A stretch of DNA of 63,447 nt, counting the filler. It is 5 parts of 5 records of this genome, joined end to end, with 100 filler letters (N's around TTAATTAATTAA, not from the genome) between each part and the next. Parts side by side here need not be neighbours in the genome. Positions count along the whole stretch, not along the records: positions 53,689 to 63,447 come from SRR20825019_3090; 4 more parts are not named here. The stretch is one strand, 5' to 3'. A program made the translations under genes and the position numbers. Positions 56,043 to 63,447 of the stretch are shown here, in pieces. The stretch's first letter is position 1. Every line of letters begins with the position of its first letter. Under the pieces are notes generated by a model that saw only the letters and a list, made by a program, of their open reading frames with translations, was not told the DNA's origin and made no database searches.

Positions 56043-57248
56043 AATGGATTTGGTCAAGCTCGCTCCGAAAACTTGAAAAAGATACTGGGAAGTTCGAGAT
56101 GCGTACATATGTACATATGTATTCACCCTTCACGGCTTCCGAGGTGGTAGAGTCCGGAGGGGACGTGTTGAAGGGCCCGGAACCGAGTCGGCCCCGCCAT
56201 CGGTTATCAAGAAGACAATCAGCAGCCCGACTCGGCCTCTACTACGGTAGGATAGCAGCACTTCGGTCGCGTTGGGTCTGTTTCGGGCAAGCCAAGGCGA
56301 GCACGAGGTGTCACACGAAGTCAAGTGGGCCGCGGCCGGGCGGGCCGGCGGCCGCGCGGCCGCCGCGGCGTGGGGCTCGGACGCCGGCGGTCCCGCCGGC
56401 GCAGGGGGCCCCCACCAGAGCTGCGTCACCGCGTGGCCGGGGCCGGCGGCTAGGCAAACGAACTTTGTCAATGAACATCTAGGTTGAATGGATTATCTCG
56501 AAACTATGAATTCATGAGATTGTTTTGAGATACACGGAGATGAAGCGGAGATACCAAATGGCAAGAACATCAACCGTCCACGCGTCGCGGTCGGCTCGGA
56601 GCCCGGGATCACTAGGGCCGACCCGGCGACCGGCGGACTGCAAGAGTCCTTCGCCGGTCAGCCGGCGGGAGTCCCGTCGTCAGGGAAGAAGGTGATGATT
56701 CATTGGATAGAATCGCGATGCGGCGGGCTCGCTGGGCCGCGGACGAGGTTGTGACGGCTCGGTGCGGCCTGAGGCTCTGCCAGGGGACGGCACTGCCTCG
56801 GTCGGTGAGGTCTCAATCGTTGGGAAGCAGCTGAGGTCGTCGGCATGCTAGAACCGTGGCTGCTCCGGTCGTCTCTCAGCCTAGGGCTGTCGTGGTGATC
56901 GGATCAACTGAGCCGCCCCGGCGCGGCGGGTCAGCCTGCTGGCCCTGGGGCCGAGCGGTGCCGTCATCTGGTCCGGTCGGCACCAAGTCAGTATGGCGGG
57001 GTACCTCTCAGGTCAACGATGCCGTGTACTGGAGATCAATGGATTGTTGAGCATTCCGAGTCATTGGCGGAAGGGGAGGCATTGGCGCCATCGAGACCAC
57101 ACCGGCTCCGGGCTGCATGCGGACGGCCACGGCACTGATAACCCAGTTATAGGCCAGCCGTCACCAGAGGCACTACATGTACATGTAACAGCTTGGAGAA
57201 CAGGCAAGAACTCGTACGGGTTGACTCTGCCCGAGAGAAGGCGCCGTC

Positions 57249-60200
57249 ATGGCACTCCTGCGTGGTCGCCTGCGCGTTCACCCGATATTTTGGGGATGTG
57301 TAGTGCTCGCTTGTGTAGGAATTAGCAGCTGTGCAAGTAAGTGACAGGCTTGTAGTTGACCTGTAAGTGAATCTGACCGGGTGGACTCAGCCAACGTGGG
57401 AGTTCAGACATATGACTGGATAGCGTACGGTGATGGACTAGAGGCTGGGGGCGCGGTGACGTATAGCCCGAGCATCCCCACCAACTCGTCTGGGGTTGGC
57501 CCGCGGTCGCTGGTACCATGGGGCCTGAGCATGGAAACAGATAAGATGTTTCTCAGCGGGACTGTCACGAACATTACCGCCGCGGGCGATGTCGAGGCCG
57601 GTCCGGGCGAGCCGCGGAAGATGTTTGTCGGTTCCTTCTCCAAGGGGAACACTACCCAACGGCTTAGCTGGAGAGAATTCTCGTCGACCGAGCTGTTTGG
57701 GTCGTCGTTTGGGGGTGGCTTCATAGAGGACCGGACGGGCCGCTCCGCCATGGGTTCGAGTGTATTGTACGTATCCGGCACTGTGGCCGACAGCATAGGC
57801 ATGGATGCTTTTGTGCTGGCCTTGAGCACCACCGATCTATCTCTCAAGTGGAAGAAACGGGTGCGGAACCAAGCCCGTGGGGGTGAGATCGCGAAGATGG
57901 GACACATCGTGACGTCAGGGACCCAGGTCTGCGGCTGTGGCGAGGAAGCTCCGGCCAGCTGGCCTCAAGACAGCCGTGGCTTCGTGTTCTGTCTGCGTAC
58001 TGACACCGGCGCCGTGGCTTGGTTCAAGCAGCTCTTTGCGTCTAGAAATGAGGGTGACCCCATCGGAGATGTATTTCACGCGCTGTCCTTCAGGCCGGAT
58101 GGCGGGCTTGTCGTCGTGGGTGAGAGCTGGGGAGACCACAGCAACGGCGCCGGACAGAGGCTGTCATTCGGTCGTGCTGACAGTGTTGTTTTGGCCCTTG
58201 ACACCAGCCAGACTCTCACATTTGTTGTTCATTATTCCCTTGCAATTCCCACTGCTCTTACTGCAGTAGTGTCCTCAACCGCCGTAGATTATTTCTCTGG
58301 CAGGCTGCAGTCGTATGCGGGGAACACCATGATGAGCGTCGTTTCGCAGAAGCATGGCCTTCTTGCGGCCGAGTACACCCTGATGATCGATCCAACGAGC
58401 CCCAATGGTGATTCGGTCCACGCCCATATCAGAGGCATCTCCCTGGTGAACAATCGTTTGTTTGTGGCTGGCTCTTCAACCAGTTATTTTGGTGATACGA
58501 ATCACGGCTTTGTCGGTCCGTCCGAGGGCATGGTAGCTATGGTAGACAGAGATAACGGAGAATATATGTGGTTCCGATATGTAGGTCAAGAGGGAAGATC
58601 ATCGTTCAATGATCTGGCTTGTGAAGAAGGAGTCTGCTACGCAGCCGGCACCTTCCAGCCGACAGGGGGCGAAGGGAATTTCTTCATGATCATGCGGACG
58701 CCCATCTGCAACAATGGCACTCACGTCCCGGCGAATATTGATTTTCCGACCTCTGTCTATTCTTATGACACATGCTATGAGTGTGCGGCCGGCAATGCGC
58801 AGAACATTTCGGCCCAGACTTCGTGCGAGGCCTGCTTGCCTGGCTATTACGCCCACATCACGAAGCTGGGAAACTGTCTGGCGTGTGACCCTGGCACATA
58901 CTCTGGGACTGGATCCGCGACCTCTTGTGTCCAGTGCCCACTGGGATATAACGCGGCCTCCTCGGCCATGACGAACTGCACTGAGTACGTAGACGGGTCA
59001 TTCTACGGGAATGGTCTTGGTGTTCTGACGCTATTGTCTCCAGGTGTCCCGCGGGAAGTTACGCCGATGGCCTCGGCACGGCGGAATGTAAACTTTGTCC
59101 AGCGGGCACTGCAAGCGCGATCAAGGGTGCAACGAATGCAAACGTGTGTCAGCCGTGTGCGCAAGGAACTTACGCGCCGACGCCTGGTCATGCGCAGTGG
59201 TAAGAGTGACCTTGGGAACATGTCGATCCTGGCCTTATCTGATGAGTTTGATCCAGTCTGCAGTGCCCCAATGGCCATTGGACCAACGAGACTCAGGCGA
59301 CAAGCTGCTTCGCATGTCCAGTCGGTCACCAGCTCGACGCACTTGGAGCGACTTCGTTCTCGCAATGTACACCCTGTGCATTAGGAACTATCGCTCCGAA
59401 CACGGGAACCGGCCAGTGGTAAGTTGGCGATGCTCAGTGCGAACCCAGAAGTCTAATCAGCCCTGCAGCGCTAAATGCCCCGGGGGTACCCACCAGAACC
59501 AGACCGCTCAGACAGTTTGCCACACTTGTCCACCGCGGACTATGGCCAAGCAAGAAGGATCGATCCACTGCGAGCCGTGCCCTCCCGGCACTGCATCGGA
59601 CATCCCCGGCACCGTCAAGTGTGCTCTGTGTCCAAAAGGCACATACCAGGACAAATTTGGCCAGGCCAAATGCAAAGGGTGTGCGGTGGACACCTTCGCG
59701 ATGTATGATGGCTCGATCACCTGTACAGAATGTCCTGGGGAGTCATGGACGCAGGATAATGTGAACTCCGATCATATCCTCATGTGTAAGTGCAAGCGGA
59801 CTTTCTATGGAAGTCCGGGCGAGGGCCGTCATTGCGCTAAGTGCCCTGCGTTTGCGTCATGCGCTTCCACTGATCGCTACCCAAACCTACCGGCGGGCAC
59901 GTGGATGCGCACTAATGATCTAGAGAAGCAATTCAAGTGCCAGCCAGAGATTGCTTGCCCCGGCGGCACTCCGAGCAGCGTTCCGGAACCAGACCCTACC
60001 AATCCCATCTTTCCGCCAGGCGCGCAGCAGCCGAACTTCACCACTCTTGCCACACCAGACACCTTGATAGGGCGGCTGCACTCAATGGCCAGCCGACATG
60101 CCGGCGTGATGAAAATCATGTCCGACACCACGTACGAGTCGGCTTGTGGGGTCGGATACACCGGGGAAGCTTGTAGCTCATGTTCCAGCGGCTACTATCG

Positions 60201-63200
60201 TTCTAAAGGCAATTGCGTTGCCTGTACAGGCTCATCCTTTGCGGGAAGCAGTGCGGTGATATACACCCTGACCACGCTTGGCCTTATTGTCTGTGCTATC
60301 CTGCTGCTAGTGTTCGGTTTATGGAAGGGTTCGCTAACATTGATATTGGAAAAGCAAAAGGCCAAGTTGCAACGGCTGCTGCATTCGAAAGACCCGGAAG
60401 AGACCGTTGAGGAGCTCGCGGCCCTTTCGCACCACGGCGTAGTCACCACAACAGACGCCGATGGGGACACTAATCTGGTTTATGACTCGGCCAAGGGAGC
60501 GAAGGCCGGGGCGGAACTGTCGAATGCTCGGAACCTGGATTCGAACGAGGGTTCCGACGGCGCAAGTGAACAGGAAGAGGAGAAGAAGGGTATTTTCAAG
60601 CGCATTTGGGGCGCCATTACCGGTGTAAAGGATTTCATCGCGGGCACTATTGACGCGATGATATCGCCATTTAAGCTCGTTGTGGAGGAGAGGGACATGC
60701 TGACGGTGCTTGAGCTGGAGAGGCGGGGTTGGAGCGCGCGGCTTTCAAGCGTGATTGCCCGTCTCATTAAGTTTGCCCAGCTGTCCAGCGTGCTTCTAAA
60801 TATCAAGGTGGAATGGCCCGAAAGCCTCACCACCCTGGGCAGCGCGCTGCAGGTGGCATCATTCGACATCAACGACATCATAAGCGTCCAATGCCTCTCC
60901 GGCTCGGATGCTGAGTCCACATACGCGACCCGGTACTACTTCCGTATTTTCCTGCCGATCATATTCATGGGATTGTCTGCGGTATATGCATTCCACGTGT
61001 ACTTGATATCTTGGTCAGTCCGCTGCATGAGTTGGTGCGCGGCACGGTCTCAGAAGAAAGCCAAGAGACCGGCAGTGTCTACCGGCTTGGACAGTAACGT
61101 CCCGAGCATGGAGGGAAGCGAAGTTGGTATGGTTCCGGATGGTGCCGAGAATTCCTCCGTCCCCATGAAACGCAGGGGCACCGTGATGCATCAAGCGCAT
61201 GCTGCTAATGTCCTGAACAATGAGCGGACCGGATGCCTGGTGGACCTGAACCGATCCCTTAGCAACAGCGTTGACACCTTCGTCATGCTCTTCCTGCTGT
61301 TCGGTTCCCTGGCGTACGTGACGATGCACGCGGCTGTCATCGAGGTTTTCACGTGCATGGAACGCGACTCGGGCAATTACTACCTAACATCTGAGCCTGA
61401 GATCAAATGTTTCGTAACCGATGGCACCTGGATGACCCTGATGCCCATTGGCGTAATTGGTTTCTTCTTCATCTCCCTCGGAGTCCCGGCTCTTCTTGCT
61501 GTGTTCATATGCACCCGGCACCCTCGCCGCCATCGCAAGGTGGTAGATGTCCGTTACGGTTTTTTGTGGAACGCATATCGCACGGAGAAGTACTGGTTCG
61601 AACTGGTGAATATTGCTTTCAAGTTTATTCTCGTCCTGATGATGCCACTGAGCTTCTTGTCCTCGGGCGATCAGCTTGCGGGAATGATGTTTGTGTTCAT
61701 CATGTACCTCATGACACAGCTCGTCTATCTGCCGTTCCGCGTGCCGTCGGACAACTGGATGGAGGCCTTCCTGCTTGCGTCCGTCCTGCTGCTTGATATC
61801 TTGGGCATTATTCTGTACGCGAATGCGTCAGGATCGGAGACCGAAATGACCACGTTTGGCCGGGAAACACTGGCTTACATTGCCATCATCAGCATGATAT
61901 TTGTCATGCTGTACTTTTTGTACACCGCGATCGGTGGTCAGGCCCGGACTCAGGGGTGGATGCAGAGCTACAAGAGCAAATTTGCAGCCCAAACGATCCG
62001 AGAGCGGTACGAGTTTGTCTCGTCCGTGTGTAAGTTGGAGCAGGTAGTGGTGTCGGGCGAGGGTGAGCAGACTCCTTTCGAAGGAACACAGAACATAGCT
62101 CGCAAGATCCTTATGCTTCCAGAGAACACGTTTTGGCTTGGCGATGTGAATATGGGACGTATGATGTACATTCCTGTCCACTACTTGGATATGTGGGAAG
62201 CCATCTTAAGGTCGAAGAGGGACGGCCGCCCTGTGACGGTGCTGGCGGGCCCCGGTGGGGGCAAGACATTCTTTGGAGCGTTCCTGGTGATGATGTTTGC
62301 ATACAGAGCCGGCCTTGGCGATGATGAAGGGGAGGAGAAAGAAGGTGGACAAGAGAGTGGGGCGGAGGAAGAGGTCTTGAACCAGGAGGATAGGGACACG
62401 CCAAGTGGCGCCGAGAACGATCCCGTGGACTCTGATTTGGATGATGTATACATCGGCACTTTGTTCTATGAAACGCCGGGGGGGCGAATATTAGAGTTCA
62501 ACCTGGAGTCTGTGACGATTCATATCATGAGTCGAAAGAAGTTTGAGTCCCGACTTCGAAAGCGCAAGGCGCGCAGGGAGTCTGGTTCGTGTGCTATGAT
62601 ATGCGACGGAACGGCGGTCGCCAGGACGATCTTCCCTGATGAGTGCGTCCTTCGTATCCGGCTGGCCTGCCCGGGAGATTTGTCGCTTGGTGAATGGGAG
62701 GACGCCATCATGGCCGGCAGACGCGAAGATGGCGATAACACCTCGCCACTGATCATGGGCCTCACTCCGTGGCATCCGTCTGACTTGCTTAGCTGGACAA
62801 ACCTCCGTCGGCAAAACGACGACCCAATGGAGTTTGTCCGCACACTTCGGTCTTACCTTGTCAGTGGAGGACGCCCGCCCGCGGTGCAGTCCTGGTCCAT
62901 TGCTGACCAGCGGTCATCTATCTCAGCCAAGGTGGAACAGCATGGCGGAATCGGAGCCCTGGAGGAGATTGTGGCCGCTGCGGAGAGACCGGACGAATCA
63001 TCCCTCGAAGATCAGCCCTGCTCGGCCCAGGCACGACTTGTCGAGGCACTGACGTCGCGATTCGGGAGCTTGGTCACGTTCGACGATAGGGTGGCTCCGA
63101 AGGATTGGCGAGGCGCGCCGATGAGCTGCGTGTGCACCTCTCAGGAAATCCTCACACTTCTGGTGGCGCAAGGTCGACAGAACGGGGGTCGGAACCTGGA

Positions 63201-63447
63201 CCTTATTGCCCGTGCGGCCCGGCTGGACTCAAGCGGGTGGTGCGTGGGATTGCTGCGACAGCTGTATGCCGGCCTTGCCGTTACAAGACTAGCAGCGGGG
63301 TGCCGACTGCAATGCCGGTCAATGCTGACTCCAAAGCCGGATGGAGCGGCTACCCTAAACTCACCTCCGGATACTCTAAAATCAACGTTTAAGCTCTCCT
63401 TCCGCAACCCTATTCGCCGCGCGCCGACGGCCACAACATCCGCCGTC
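57249..63447 (+). CDS. Giant surface protein: signal peptide, beta-propeller-like region, GCC2/GCC3 Cys repeats, multi-TM domain, cytoplasmic Crinkler-type P-loop NTPase (3'-truncated); 4 introns
   Basis: ATG 57249 signal exon splices to ORF 57381. Three further GT-AG introns lead to a frame open from ~59469 to the window end (absent from the ORF track). CxxCPxG repeats, RYGFLWNAYRTEKYWFEL TM signature, Walker A AGPGGGKT at 62245-62268. Confidence 0.85.

Noticed and set aside
59045-59384. C-terminus of the 667-aa ORF as a true protein end
   Set aside because: Out-of-frame read-through past the intron at ~58986; the spliced frame continues the CxxCPxG repeats.

Overview
The window is five unrelated contigs joined by identical 100-nt artificial linkers (N44-TTAATTAATTAA-N44 at 17588-17687, 33923-34022, 45303-45402, 53589-53688). 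Contigs 1, 2 and 5 (1-17587, 17688-33922, 53689-63447) come from a gene-dense microbial eukaryote, probably a flagellate, with ~40-70 nt GT-AG introns. Its genes alternate strand strictly, with mostly very short convergent gaps and ~1-2 kb extremely GC-rich divergent spacers. Recognisable genes are a GH114 glycosidase, histidine ammonia-lyase, TRAPPC12, an RCC1+SHIPPO-repeat protein, an alpha/beta hydrolase, a Frizzled-CRD/EGF-repeat surface protein and a giant multi-pass receptor. Contigs 3 and 4 (34023-45302, 45403-53588) are AT-rich Flavobacteriaceae-type DNA: prs-rplY-pth, a T9SS M12 metalloprotease, ribF, HTTM, serS, an acyltransferase, Nudix, cyclophilin, TRIC and an RDD-SpoIIM-DUF4129-DUF4350-MoxR cluster. 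Two candidates for novel biology stand out. (1) An 82-aa GIY-YIG nuclease gene lies between two copies of a tRNA-Leu 5' half; the upstream copy carries two ~20-nt CCTG..CAGG palindromes inserted without target duplication. (2) A eukaryotic cell-surface Cys-rich multi-TM protein has a Crinkler-type P-loop NTPase as its cytoplasmic tail. All family calls are motif recognition by eye with manual splicing; no searches were run.
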